From a virus, in IMG/VR virus record IMGVR_UViG_3300028584_001241: a stretch of 64,000 bases of DNA; one strand, written 5' to 3'. A program made the position numbers and the translations under genes. A model generated the notes under the pieces. The model was not told the DNA's origin. It saw only the letters and a list, made by a program, of their open reading frames with translations, and did no database searches. Shown here one piece after another: positions 28,124 to 38,515 of the stretch (position 1 is the stretch's first letter; each line of letters opens with the position of its first letter).

Positions 28124-29397
28124 TGCAATAAGATATTTTTCTTAACTTCTATAATCTGTTGTGGAGATCTCGGCTTATTAAGATAGCCAGCCAAGTTTTG
28201 GCCTCTTTTCTTATCATGGCATCTTGGGCACCAAGACTTTCGATGCTTAATAGATGAATAAGTAGTATTCCACACATGTCCATCAGCACATTCAAATGTT
28301 AAGGGAGATCGGCCATTCACATATTCAGTAGAAATAAATTTACCACCTTTACTCATAGCATGTTCGTTCATCTCTTTAATAGGATCAACCAATTTGTTGT
28401 TAGCACAATAAGGGCACCACTGATCGTTATAAATAATACCATCGCTGGCCTTTTCAAATGAATGTCCTTCCGAACAAACAAAACTTAATTTTTCTTTTAA
28501 GTTTTTGAAACTAGTAGAGATGCATTGACCGCCTTTTGAAATAGCAATGGCCGAGACTTCTTCTAATGTATCACCTTCTCGCAATCGTCCATTACAATAA
28601 GGACACCAATGACCTTTTTTAATAGATTTAGGCACTGCTTCCCATTCATGTCCTTTTTCACATTTCCATTTCGCTTTTGAATTATTCCCTAAATACTTAA
28701 CAGATAAGCATTCACCATTCATTTTTTTTGCCAATTCCTTGAGTTCATTAATTTTGGAACTTGAGAAAGGTAGTTTTTTAAATTTGCTAATTTGATCTGG
28801 TGTAACAGTGATATTTAAATCTTTTTGAAAAATGCTAGTTAAATAATTAATGAAGGTATCTCGTGAATAGCCATCTTCCAAATATTTAATTTCAATAAGA
28901 TGAACACTATTTTCCTTACACAAGGTTCTTACTTTTTCATCACGTTCTTTTTGATGTTCAAAGGTCTTATGATTTCGATCATGAAAATGGGGGATATGGT
29001 GATAGTGTTGTTCACCATGATATTCAAATGCAATCCCAAGATCGGTATTGAATCCATCTAGAATACATTTACGTTCGCCTTCAACTTGAAGCCATTCTGG
29101 GCTAGATCCTTTAAAGGGTTTATCAAATACTGTTTCAAAAAATTGACGAACAAGGTTTTCGGTTTTATTCGAACGGCAAGATGGACACCATGTTCCACGC
29201 TTAATATCATTAGGACGTGCAGACCATTCATGCTGATCAATACATCTGAAATTCATCTTAATATGACTGGCTACATATTCATTATCCAGACATTCACCAC
29301 CATTTTCGGCAGCAATAGAGGTGATTTCAAGATAATGGTCTTGTTTTGTTTTCAGATGTTTTGCTTTATGGGCTGATAATTTTACAGTATTAGTCAT
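28120..29397 (-). CDS. Zinc-ribbon repeat protein with PD-(D/E)xK/Vsr-like nuclease domain (putative homing endonuclease)
   Basis: Four C-x2-3-H...WCPxC repeats; LDGF..IAFEYHGEQHY..D..VR core. Confidence 0.75.
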   Translation of the reverse strand: MTNTVKLSAHKAKHLKTKQDHYLEITSIAAENGGECLDNEYVASHIKMNFRCIDQHEWSARPNDIKRGTWCPSCRSNKTENLVRQFFETVFDKPFKGSSPEWLQVEGERKCILDGFNTDLGIAFEYHGEQHYHHIPHFHDRNHKTFEHQKERDEKVRTLCKENSVHLIEIKYLEDGYSRDTFINYLTSIFQKDLNITVTPDQISKFKKLPFSSSKINELKELAKKMNGECLSVKYLGNNSKAKWKCEKGHEWEAVPKSIKKGHWCPYCNGRLREGDTLEEVSAIAISKGGQCISTSFKNLKEKLSFVCSEGHSFEKASDGIIYNDQWCPYCANNKLVDPIKEMNEHAMSKGGKFISTEYVNGRSPLTFECADGHVWNTTYSSIKHRKSWCPRCHDKKRGQNLAGYLNKPRSPQQIIEVKKNILLH

Positions 29398-29514
29398 ACG
29401 TTAAATTCCTTAAATTTGAGCTATTATATCATAATATTTAATGATTATCTACAGGTTTTAAATTGATATTTATATTTTCATATGATATTATTATGAACAA
29501 TTAGGAGAATAATA

Positions 29515-30177
29515 ATGACGGCAAATGATTTCCCACCAATAGTTACCCATATGAGCACACAAGTTGGTAAAAAAAGTGAACTGAACATCATAATACCAAG
29601 AACTAGTAAACTCTATTATGATTTTACCAAAGAAGAAGATCCTTTTTTGAAAGATGATCGTCGGTTTCAAAATAAGACAACATCTTGGGTTAACCATGCA
29701 TTATTGGATAAAAACATCACCAGTATAGAAAAAAACCAAGACTCCATTACCTTAAAATTAAACACAGAAAACATTCCCTATCAGGTCATCAGAGTAGTAG
29801 AAGACTATAATAAGGATAATCAATTTATTTTTGACTACTCTATTGGTCATGGTTATGTAGTAAATATAGAAATATTTCTTAATAATGAAGGTTTTGCTGA
29901 TGAAATGGTTGTATTTGAAGAGGTTAAATATATCACTAAAAAATATGTAACTGCGTTGTTAAGCCTTGGTTATAAAACAGGTATATTCGATGGTGATAAG
30001 TTTAAAAACGATAAAAATGTTATTATAAATAAAATTACGATGAAAAATACAAGTTATACATATAGTTTAACGATTTATGAAAAAGATGTGTATAAAAATT
30101 ATAAAAAAATAAAAGAAGAAATAGAAGAAAGCGATATTGATAGTAAATATAAAATACTAAATACAATTTTAAAATAA
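29515..30177 (+). CDS. Hypothetical protein (paralog of 30191..30964)
   Basis: Shared C-terminal LTI....Y.NY.KI......D..YK.LN.ILK. Confidence 0.75.
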   Translation: MTANDFPPIVTHMSTQVGKKSELNIIIPRTSKLYYDFTKEEDPFLKDDRRFQNKTTSWVNHALLDKNITSIEKNQDSITLKLNTENIPYQVIRVVEDYNKDNQFIFDYSIGHGYVVNIEIFLNNEGFADEMVVFEEVKYITKKYVTALLSLGYKTGIFDGDKFKNDKNVIINKITMKNTSYTYSLTIYEKDVYKNYKKIKEEIEESDIDSKYKILNTILK

Positions 30178-30190
30178 ATGGAGATGTAGA

Positions 30191-30964
30191 ATGATAACAA
30201 AAAACCTAAAATATTTTGTCTTGTCGTTATTAATGTTGTCACCTTCATTAATATACGCCACTGAACAAGAAATTAATACCCCGCCGAATGTTGAAAGCTT
30301 TCCGATGACTTTTACTCAAATGGCAAAAATAGTCGGTCCAAGAGACACCGTAGACATCTTTATTCCAAAAGATTCATACCTAATGGACACTTTATTTGCT
30401 AATGAAACTAATACTAAACGTGTCTATGGAATTGACTTTGGTAAACTTAGAAGAGGTGTTGTCTCCTATGCCGACGATAAACTATCTCAACGTATTATTA
30501 ATACTGTGCCAAAAGACAATGGCACTTTAATCACACTTAATCTGAAAGCCCTGAAACCTCAAACACTAAGAGTCATAGATGACAAATCAGATAACATGTT
30601 TTTTAATGAATATGAATTAGGTGACAGCATTGTATTAAAAGCCAATTTAGTTTTATCACAAGGAGCATTAGGGACGGATTACGATACCTTAAATAGACAA
30701 TATAAATATTTAGCTGAACGCTATAAAATGTTTTTTAATGATAAACACTATTTTAGCTTCCTTTTTGCTGACGGACGTGCTGACTATCCTGCAAAAATAT
30801 ATACAAACACCACCATAGACAACGAAAGAAATGCTCCCGCATCCAGAATAACGTTGACAATCATGAATATGAAGACTTATGAGAATTATGATAAGATCAT
30901 GGATAAAATGGCTGACAGAGCTTTTGATGAAAACTATAAACAATTAAATGACATCTTAAAATAA
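30191..30964 (+). CDS. Secreted protein (paralog of 29515)
   Basis: Signal peptide and shared motifs. Confidence 0.75.
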   Translation: MITKNLKYFVLSLLMLSPSLIYATEQEINTPPNVESFPMTFTQMAKIVGPRDTVDIFIPKDSYLMDTLFANETNTKRVYGIDFGKLRRGVVSYADDKLSQRIINTVPKDNGTLITLNLKALKPQTLRVIDDKSDNMFFNEYELGDSIVLKANLVLSQGALGTDYDTLNRQYKYLAERYKMFFNDKHYFSFLFADGRADYPAKIYTNTTIDNERNAPASRITLTIMNMKTYENYDKIMDKMADRAFDENYKQLNDILK

Positions 30965-31003
30965 GAAACCGCCTAGGCGGTTTTTTATATTATAAATTTT
31001 TTT

Positions 31004-31537
31004 TTACTTGAAAACACCAGCTTTTAACCAGTCTTTATAACGTTGTTCTATTTTCTGAGATGCTTCTGGGTGAATCTTATCACACATGGCTAGAGTATTA
31101 TCACCGCTGTCGAGAACAGCAATTTTATAATCGAATTGTCTATCATCACAATCCCTAGTCGAACCTAACAAGTAAAGTCTTCTTGAATCAGGTTGGTCGT
31201 AATTAAAGTAAGGTCTGCATTCAAACGATAATGATTCACCTTTATTCTGGAATGAATAGATGTTTGTTCTAGGGCTATATTTACTGATGGTAGTGCATGG
31301 AGATGATTCCATTGTGTAGTCATAATCAGCAAATAGACGTTTGTCACCATTTTCATTGAAGTCAGCTTGAACATACATGGTTCTTAAATATATTTTATAA
31401 TCATTTGATGACCACTTCAAACTTCCTAATGTTGGTTCTTTCTCAACATGTTGAGCTAAGTGATTATCAATGCTTGAACAACCAGACGCTAATAGTGCAA
31501 TAGCAAGGGCTGAAAAAATTCTTATTTTTTGTTTCAT
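31004..31537 (-). CDS. Lipoprotein
   Basis: Lipobox LASGC; GGAG RBS before MKQKIR. Confidence 0.75.
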   Translation of the reverse strand: MKQKIRIFSALAIALLASGCSSIDNHLAQHVEKEPTLGSLKWSSNDYKIYLRTMYVQADFNENGDKRLFADYDYTMESSPCTTISKYSPRTNIYSFQNKGESLSFECRPYFNYDQPDSRRLYLLGSTRDCDDRQFDYKIAVLDSGDNTLAMCDKIHPEASQKIEQRYKDWLKAGVFK

Positions 31538-31671
31538 TTTTCTCTCCAATAATAATAAAATATTAACTGCTAACAAGTTAAAGTCAAGTGTTAAGCAATG
31601 TATCGTATAGATTTTAAATTATATTAATTATTGAAATCTATAAAAAAGACCGCTTAGAGCGGCCTTAGTGT

Positions 31672-32277
31672 TTATTTGTAATTATTTACATCATTTTTAA
31701 TTCTTATTTCTACATAAGGTATCGTTGGATCAATCAAAGGTGGAACTGGAATAGCTTCTGCTTTAAATGATATCTTGTTTTGGTTAACTCTACGAGATAT
31801 TAAATAATCATTAGTCACTCTGGCTCTTACTTCACTGATGTTAAAGTTAGGATCTTGATGACCACCTACACCATCATAGACCGAAACAACAAATTCACTG
31901 AATTCTTGATCCAACATGTCCAAACCAATTTTGTTTAAAACAGTGTAACCATAAGAAGTTAATTGAAATCCATTGTAGCTGAAAGCATCTAATACAGGGA
32001 TGTATAATAATAAGTCATTACCTTGTTTATTAATGATAACCCCAGTTTTGTCTAAATCTTTTGTAAATTCAGCTTGTTGAGTTTCAAGATAAGCTCGTTT
32101 CTCAATACTCATTTCAGCCGGTATTGCCGCTGGTGCTACTACGGGTGGAGTCACAACTTGATCATTACTGATAATTTCTGAATAACCACTTTGTTCTGTA
32201 TAATAGTTGGTCGTCACTGCACACCCACTGACAGCAAGTGCCAGTGATGAACAGATAAATAAGGTTAACTTATTCAT
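31672..32277 (-). CDS. Divergent OmpA-like domain lipoprotein
   Basis: Lipobox VSGC; NISEVRA..YL, VEIRI. Confidence 0.7.
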   Translation of the reverse strand: MNKLTLFICSSLALAVSGCAVTTNYYTEQSGYSEIISNDQVVTPPVVAPAAIPAEMSIEKRAYLETQQAEFTKDLDKTGVIINKQGNDLLLYIPVLDAFSYNGFQLTSYGYTVLNKIGLDMLDQEFSEFVVSVYDGVGGHQDPNFNISEVRARVTNDYLISRRVNQNKISFKAEAIPVPPLIDPTIPYVEIRIKNDVNNYK

Positions 32278-32283
32278 ATTATA

Positions 32284-32940
32284 TTACTGCTGTTGCTTGT
32301 TGATGATTTGAATCTCAACACGGCGATTGGTTTGTCTACCTTCTTCGGTACCATTGTCAGCAATCGGTTGACGTGGGCCATAGCCAACAGCTTGTACGCG
32401 ATCTTGTGTAATGCCTTCTGAGACAAAATAGTTAGCCACTGAATAAGCACGTTTTTCAGACAAGACTTGGTTCTTTTCAAAAGTGCCAGTATTGTCAGTA
32501 TGACCAATTACCACAATGCTACTGGTGTTGTACTCTTTTAATGAAGTTGCAATGGATTTCAAGACTGGGTAGAAAGATGAAGCTATGTCTGATTGTGCTG
32601 TATTGAATGTAATGTTACCCGGCATAATCAAATGGAGCGTATCGCCTTCACGTTGAAGTTGAACACCAGTTCCTCTTAGCTGGTCAGCTAGTTTCTTTTC
32701 TTGTACATCAGTGTAATAACCATAACCTGCACCAGAAGCACCACCCACAGCGGCCCCAATCAATGCACCTTTCTTACCACCTACCAACGCACCTACGGCA
32801 GCACCACCAAGGGCACCGAAACCACCATATTTAGCACTTTTAGCAGCTTGACTTTCACCAGTATATGGATTGCTTGTGCAACCAGCTAAACCACCCATTA
32901 AAAGTGCTGCTGTTAAAACTGATATTGTAAATTTACGCAT
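32284..32940 (-). CDS. OmpA-family lipoprotein (YiaD/PA0833-like) with glycine zipper
   Basis: LAGC lipobox, Gly zipper, GHTDNTG, LSEKRA, NRRVEI. Confidence 0.92.
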   Translation of the reverse strand: MRKFTISVLTAALLMGGLAGCTSNPYTGESQAAKSAKYGGFGALGGAAVGALVGGKKGALIGAAVGGASGAGYGYYTDVQEKKLADQLRGTGVQLQREGDTLHLIMPGNITFNTAQSDIASSFYPVLKSIATSLKEYNTSSIVVIGHTDNTGTFEKNQVLSEKRAYSVANYFVSEGITQDRVQAVGYGPRQPIADNGTEEGRQTNRRVEIQIINKQQQ

Positions 32941-32978
32941 AAGTTATTCTCCTGATTTATTTATTGTTTGTTCAATGA

Positions 32979-33518
32979 TTAGATATTGTTTATTTGTATT
33001 TCAATTCGTCTATTTTTAATTTTATCTTCACTATCCGGGTCTTTAATGATAGGGAATTCACTTCCTACACCATAAAAACTTATTCTTTTTTCTCTAATGT
33101 TTTTAGCTTGCATGTAATCTTTCAATTCTAAAGATTTTCGTGTTGTAATGACTAATCCAGCATAGAATTCAAGTTTATTATCAGTATGCGATACAATTTT
33201 CAACTGGCTATGTGGAGAAATAACAACCATATCAGCAATAATATCCAAATCTCTTATTATGGATGGCTTGATGGTTTCATTGTCACTTTCAAAAACATCT
33301 AAATCACTCGCCGTTAATACCAAACTCGTTGAGTTTTTGGCGATATCCCACTTATTACTTAATCGTTGTGTCAATTCTTTCTCTTGATAATCTGTTACAA
33401 CACTCATTGTCACATTATCTTCAAGTAGAAAAGCAGGTGGTGTGGTGGCTTGATTACTGGAACAAGCTCCTAGTAGTAAAGAACTACACAACACAGCACC
33501 TATTATCATTTTATTCAT
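32979..33518 (-). CDS. Divergent OmpA-like domain lipoprotein
   Basis: LGAC lipobox; SHTDN, GVGSEFP, NRRIEI. Confidence 0.8.
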   Translation of the reverse strand: MNKMIIGAVLCSSLLLGACSSNQATTPPAFLLEDNVTMSVVTDYQEKELTQRLSNKWDIAKNSTSLVLTASDLDVFESDNETIKPSIIRDLDIIADMVVISPHSQLKIVSHTDNKLEFYAGLVITTRKSLELKDYMQAKNIREKRISFYGVGSEFPIIKDPDSEDKIKNRRIEIQINNI

Positions 33519-33531
33519 TTTTTATTTACTC

Positions 33532-34125
33532 CTAACAAACTTTTCCACCATGTTTATGTGGGCGGCTCACATTATATTCATGTTTAATATCAAGAATTTC
33601 TGTCATATTCCAACCTTTCTTATGGAAGAAATAAGCTATTTTAACCACTGTTTCAGCTAAAAACAAGAACTCCTTCTCAGTTTTTTTCATGTGTGACTTT
33701 GCAGCATCACAAATAGAGATAGCCACAGATATATGAAATTCTAAATCACTGTGTAAATCTTGTAATTCTTCATAACAACGTATGTTATTCAACTGAGCAA
33801 CTTCTACAATTAAATCATTAATGGTGTTAATCGGATTGAATGATACAAAAAATTGAGTTTCTAAGAATTTAGAAAAATTGACGTTAGCATAACCTGAGTA
33901 GTCAAATATACGAATTAAGACATCAACTAGCTCAACTGACTGTCCTTCTGGTTTGCCATCTACGAGATAAAAATCCTCTTTTGATGAACGAACTTCCTCA
34001 GTAGCTTCTGAGATTTCAGATAACATTAATGCAAATCTTTCAATAGATGTTGTGGGTCTTTCATACCAACCCTTGTTAACGGAATTCTCGTAAGATTGTT
34101 TCAAATAGTCTTGTATTTTTTTCAT
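33532..34125 (-). CDS. MazG-like NTP pyrophosphohydrolase (internally duplicated fold)
   Basis: ALMLSEISEATEE, ELVDVLIR, K..YN.SR..KHG. Confidence 0.75.
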   Translation of the reverse strand: MKKIQDYLKQSYENSVNKGWYERPTTSIERFALMLSEISEATEEVRSSKEDFYLVDGKPEGQSVELVDVLIRIFDYSGYANVNFSKFLETQFFVSFNPINTINDLIVEVAQLNNIRCYEELQDLHSDLEFHISVAISICDAAKSHMKKTEKEFLFLAETVVKIAYFFHKKGWNMTEILDIKHEYNVSRPHKHGGKVC

Positions 34126-34252
34126 GTAATATATACCATTATTAATGAAAATAATTTACTACAAATATAAAAAAAGTCAAACAAGAAAACCTATTAGTTT
34201 GACTTGCCTTCTACATTAATGTATAATAATGGACATTTAAGGAGTTTGCTTA

Positions 34253-34975
34253 ATGGATAGATTTAGTGTTAGAGAGGATAAATTTCCATACAGTAGCAGC
34301 GTAGGTGGCTTATACCTTAACCATGCGATTGATGATAAACAATCTGTTCAAATTGCAAGAAAGCTCTCTGAAAAATGGTTGCCTGATGGGAATTGTCTGC
34401 TTGAATTAGAAATGGATATACCCCAAGCCAAACAAATTAGAGAATTAGGTAAAAAATATGTTTCATTGGTTCAAGGTAAATATGAGAAGAATAAAAAGAT
34501 TAGAAAAGTTTATTTGAATAAACTCATTGAACTGGGTTGTATTGATATGAGTGAGATATCCAAAATGTATCACGCTGACAGTATTACAGAAGACGAATAT
34601 TTAGAAAAAACAGTAATGAGAGTGCCCTTTGACTTCAACGGCATTAAAAAGATATATACAAACCTGACACTGAATAAAATGTTTTATCATATTCAACTAG
34701 ATAGGATTATAGAGTTTGTGTGTGTTGAATTATTTGTTTATAACGCTAAAATGACATTTCTCAGTAGTGACTTTGAAGGCTTAGAGTTTTGCAAGCTGTT
34801 AAAAAGTGTAGAAGTTGCGTCACCAAAAGAAACTCAAGATGAGATGTTGCATGCATGCATTAACGAACGATTACATAAGAGAATTACTAAAAAAATTGGT
34901 ATGGATGTTGATATGAATGATTTTCAAAAGAACTTCGACAGCTATAAAGCCATTTATGACATGTGGAAGGTATAA
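34253..34975 (+). CDS. Tandem paralog family B, copy 1, C-terminal DMWKV
   Basis: LPDG.CLLEL, VPFD.NG, FQ.NFD.YK..YDMW. Confidence 0.8.
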   Translation: MDRFSVREDKFPYSSSVGGLYLNHAIDDKQSVQIARKLSEKWLPDGNCLLELEMDIPQAKQIRELGKKYVSLVQGKYEKNKKIRKVYLNKLIELGCIDMSEISKMYHADSITEDEYLEKTVMRVPFDFNGIKKIYTNLTLNKMFYHIQLDRIIEFVCVELFVYNAKMTFLSSDFEGLEFCKLLKSVEVASPKETQDEMLHACINERLHKRITKKIGMDVDMNDFQKNFDSYKAIYDMWKV

Positions 34976-34977
34976 TT

Positions 34978-35709
34978 ATGACTAAGTTTATAGTAAAAGA
35001 ATACAGTTCACCTTATCTATCAACATCTGTTAAAAATTTGATGCTAACGATAAACAACAACAATTCAGACAGAATTGCTTATGTTCATACAAAAAAATAT
35101 TTACCTGATGGAAGTTGTCTATTAGAACTCGATAGTGAAGATTTCAAAAGAGAGAGTGCAGAAAAATGGGCACCCAATAATTTTTTACAAATTAAAGACT
35201 ATGCTAAAAAATGCAGAGAGATCCGTGAAATCTATGTCAATAAATTGGTAGAATTAGGTTGTTTTAATCTTGAAGATGTTAGAATGCTTAATACATCAAA
35301 ATTTAGGTTAAAAGAAACAGAAGATACCGCTTACTTAACACGAGTACAAATACAGGTTCCTTTTGACATTAATGGTAAAAGAACAATCTATAAGAATTTA
35401 ACAGAATCGCGTTTCTATTATCATCTTGAGACAGACAGATTGATAGAGTTTATGTACAGTGAACTGTATGTTTACAATTCAAAGATGTTTTTTTTAACAA
35501 GTGATATAGAAGGATTAGAATTGTTAAACCCATTAAAACAAATTGAAGTGGCTTCAACAGAAGAAAATAGGCATAAATTTATAGAAAACTGTATTTATAC
35601 AAGGTTGTACAAAAAAATGACTAAAAAAATAGGTATAGAGGTGAGTCTGGAAGACTTTCAGAATAACTTCGACAGATACAAAATGGTATACGACATGTGG
35701 AGAGTTTAA
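34978..35709 (+). CDS. Tandem paralog family B, copy 2, C-terminal DMWRV
   Basis: Aligns along its length with 34253. Confidence 0.8.
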   Translation: MTKFIVKEYSSPYLSTSVKNLMLTINNNNSDRIAYVHTKKYLPDGSCLLELDSEDFKRESAEKWAPNNFLQIKDYAKKCREIREIYVNKLVELGCFNLEDVRMLNTSKFRLKETEDTAYLTRVQIQVPFDINGKRTIYKNLTESRFYYHLETDRLIEFMYSELYVYNSKMFFLTSDIEGLELLNPLKQIEVASTEENRHKFIENCIYTRLYKKMTKKIGIEVSLEDFQNNFDRYKMVYDMWRV

Positions 35710-35712
35710 ATT

Positions 35713-36744
35713 ATGTATTTTATTGAATTTGAAAAATTAAGCAAGCTAACACCCAGCGATTGGAAAAACTCACCTGTTGGGGTTAATGCATTAAGTATAT
35801 TTAAAAGCTTGTATGAAACAAGTAAAAATCGTGACTTTCTTATTCCAAAAGCCTCTCTTCAAATAACAGAAGATTTCTTATTTGTGACATCAGCTAATAA
35901 GAATATGGTTACATTTAATCCTACCGCTGAAGACGAAAAGAAAGAATATATGAGTCATTCTTTCATTGTTAATAAAAACCACAGTAAATTTCCAACGTCT
36001 AGAATTTATGGATTAAAAGAACAACTAGAATCAAGTCCTAATATTTTGTTAGCTAAGGACGTATTCAAGTCTACTTACCGTTCTGATTTAATTCCTGAAT
36101 ACAATTATAATATAACCCTCGATTATATGACCAAGTATAAACACAATAAAGCTAACGAACATAGAAAAATATTTGATGAACAAATAAAACCGATTGCGGA
36201 TCACTGTATTAAAGAAATCATTGATGTCTTTTCTCAATATGGTGAGGTGGAATTATCACCACCCAGAAAACAAAACAGTCGAACATTAAACTATTTTATT
36301 AAAAATTCTATAAATTTCATTGTTGAAATCGCACAGAAAGAAGAATTCAAAATTGGTTCCAATGGAGAGTTGATACCTAATTTAAAACTTGAAGTTCGTT
36401 TACAACAGTCTGACGTTTATGAAAAGAAGGTAAAAGAGAAAGATGGTACCATTGTTGTTAAAAAATTTAACGAGCGGTATATAAAACAATCAGGTTATAA
36501 ACATTTCACAATTGAAATCAGAAACTTTGAATTTTTAAAGAAGCCTGCTTACTATGCTATATCAATGACACCACATGGCTATCTTCGTTTGAAAAAATCT
36601 TACTCAAAAGAATTCTTCAAAAAGATTATTTTCCATTACCAGTTCAAAAAGTATTTCGAAAAATACGAAATTGAGCTGGAATTAGACGAATTAGAAGACA
36701 ATCCACAAGCGTTTTTTGATTTAGTAGCAATGTTGAATTTTTAA
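35713..36744 (+). CDS. Hypothetical protein with C-terminal MxxF tag
   Basis: 343 aa; ends AFFDLVAMLNF. Confidence 0.75.
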   Translation: MYFIEFEKLSKLTPSDWKNSPVGVNALSIFKSLYETSKNRDFLIPKASLQITEDFLFVTSANKNMVTFNPTAEDEKKEYMSHSFIVNKNHSKFPTSRIYGLKEQLESSPNILLAKDVFKSTYRSDLIPEYNYNITLDYMTKYKHNKANEHRKIFDEQIKPIADHCIKEIIDVFSQYGEVELSPPRKQNSRTLNYFIKNSINFIVEIAQKEEFKIGSNGELIPNLKLEVRLQQSDVYEKKVKEKDGTIVVKKFNERYIKQSGYKHFTIEIRNFEFLKKPAYYAISMTPHGYLRLKKSYSKEFFKKIIFHYQFKKYFEKYEIELELDELEDNPQAFFDLVAMLNF

Positions 36745-36941
36745 CTTGATTTTTTGTTTAAATTGCTTTAAGATAGAAGAATATTCACACATTAATGGAG
36801 AAATCTCATGTAACTAATTATATCACGCTAATAAATGACGAATGCATAACTAAACATATAGCATAACTATAAATCCATTTTGATGGAAGTTATCTTATGT
36901 CCTTAAAAGTCGTTTATTGCTTAATAATTAGGAGATTTCAC

Positions 36942-37700
36942 ATGGTCACATATAGTAATGCAGTAAGACACCTCAGTAATTCCAAATGCAAAGAATTTAA
37001 CAAAAAATTTACAAATAAGATAGCCCTTGAAATATGGGGTGACGATTCATGTTGTGATTCATTTTGTTGTTGTTATGATGATGACGACTATTTAAGTGAT
37101 GAGCAATATGAATGGTCGTATGAATATATGGAAAAAAGAAGTCATTTGTTTTACGAGAACATTTCAAGTTTGAAAACTGTATTCACAACAGATTTCTTGG
37201 ATGACGTAAAAGCAAGACAATCTGCAGAAATAGACGCATTAACAGTTTATCTTAAAGTTAAAGCAAAAGATTTGATAGAAGGTTATAATTCAGAATTTTT
37301 TGCAGAGTTTTTTGATGAAGGTAATAAATATAATTTAGAATTATATGCAATGGTCAATTATAAAGATTTCGATTTAACAAAAATTAGAAGTATAGATATA
37401 GCGGTTATGAATCCTTTCAATCGTGAGGAAGGTGATTCATATGGTATGGGGCGTAATTCAATGTACAAATTTAATGTATATTATGAGAAACATACGAACA
37501 TCATGTTCTCTACGATTTCATTTTTTTATAGAAATATGCAAAGAAGAGAAATTCCAGAGTGGTGTGAGACAATGGAAGAAACGATTATGTATATGTATCT
37601 AGATGCACCGCAATATAAAAAGTTAAAAGAAATTTTTGATATAAAAGAAGTTATAAAAGATATAAGCATGTTTGATGTGTTAAAAATGTATATGGTTTAA
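36942..37700 (+). CDS. Hypothetical protein with C-terminal MxxV tag
   Basis: AGGAG RBS before MVTYS; Cys/Asp patch; ends MFDVLKMYMV. Confidence 0.75.
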   Translation: MVTYSNAVRHLSNSKCKEFNKKFTNKIALEIWGDDSCCDSFCCCYDDDDYLSDEQYEWSYEYMEKRSHLFYENISSLKTVFTTDFLDDVKARQSAEIDALTVYLKVKAKDLIEGYNSEFFAEFFDEGNKYNLELYAMVNYKDFDLTKIRSIDIAVMNPFNREEGDSYGMGRNSMYKFNVYYEKHTNIMFSTISFFYRNMQRREIPEWCETMEETIMYMYLDAPQYKKLKEIFDIKEVIKDISMFDVLKMYMV

Positions 37701-37880
37701 TATAATCCCTCAGTAGAGGGATTATTCCTTTGTAGTCTTTCTATATTTTAAACAAGTACTTATATTTTACATTCTTAAAAGTTCAATGAAAATGTGTAAA
37801 TATCATTATTTAAATAGTATTTTAATATTTTGTTTTGATTTTTTTATAGTATAATAATACTATCAAACAAAGATTTTTTT

Positions 37881-38504
37881 ATGATTTACGAGCATTACAA
37901 GGTTAATAAAAAAAGTTTATTAGAAAATATAAGTACAGCAACAATTGTAAAGTTAGCCATACTGCTTGCACTCATATTAATATTAGCTTCTATATTAATT
38001 ACACGAGATGTTATTAACTACAAACAAAGTGTTAATCAGACCATATTAAAAGGCTATCTACAATCATTAGAATTAAAGACAGCCTATGGTTACAACCACC
38101 CAGAACAAAAAGTTGATATCGCATTAACTGAGTATGCATTGAACTATTTGGTCACTGAAAGTCAACTATGTAATAAAAAAACTCAATTAACACTAAAAGA
38201 AGACGATAAGAAAATATCCTTTATAGAGTGCCAAGAAATAACCAGAATAAGTCAAGATCCAATGGGTAAACATATAAGTGTTTTTATCCCTCAAAGGAAT
38301 AACAATGACCAATATGCTAATACACTAACAACCGTTTCTGAGTATAGATTTTTTATTGACTTTCGTGAAGGGGAACCCTCATTACTTAACTACAAATGGA
38401 ACTTGATTGATAGAAAAGGTAAGCTTAGGTCATTAGAATTCTGTGAAACACATCCTAACTTGTGTAAATACATCTATGTTGCAAAAGGAAAAAATAAGCC
38501 CTAG
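37881..38504 (+). CDS. Single-pass membrane protein
   Basis: N-terminal TM followed by periplasmic domain. Confidence 0.7.
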   Translation: MIYEHYKVNKKSLLENISTATIVKLAILLALILILASILITRDVINYKQSVNQTILKGYLQSLELKTAYGYNHPEQKVDIALTEYALNYLVTESQLCNKKTQLTLKEDDKKISFIECQEITRISQDPMGKHISVFIPQRNNNDQYANTLTTVSEYRFFIDFREGEPSLLNYKWNLIDRKGKLRSLEFCETHPNLCKYIYVAKGKNKP

Positions 38505-38515
38505 AAAGGGCTTTT

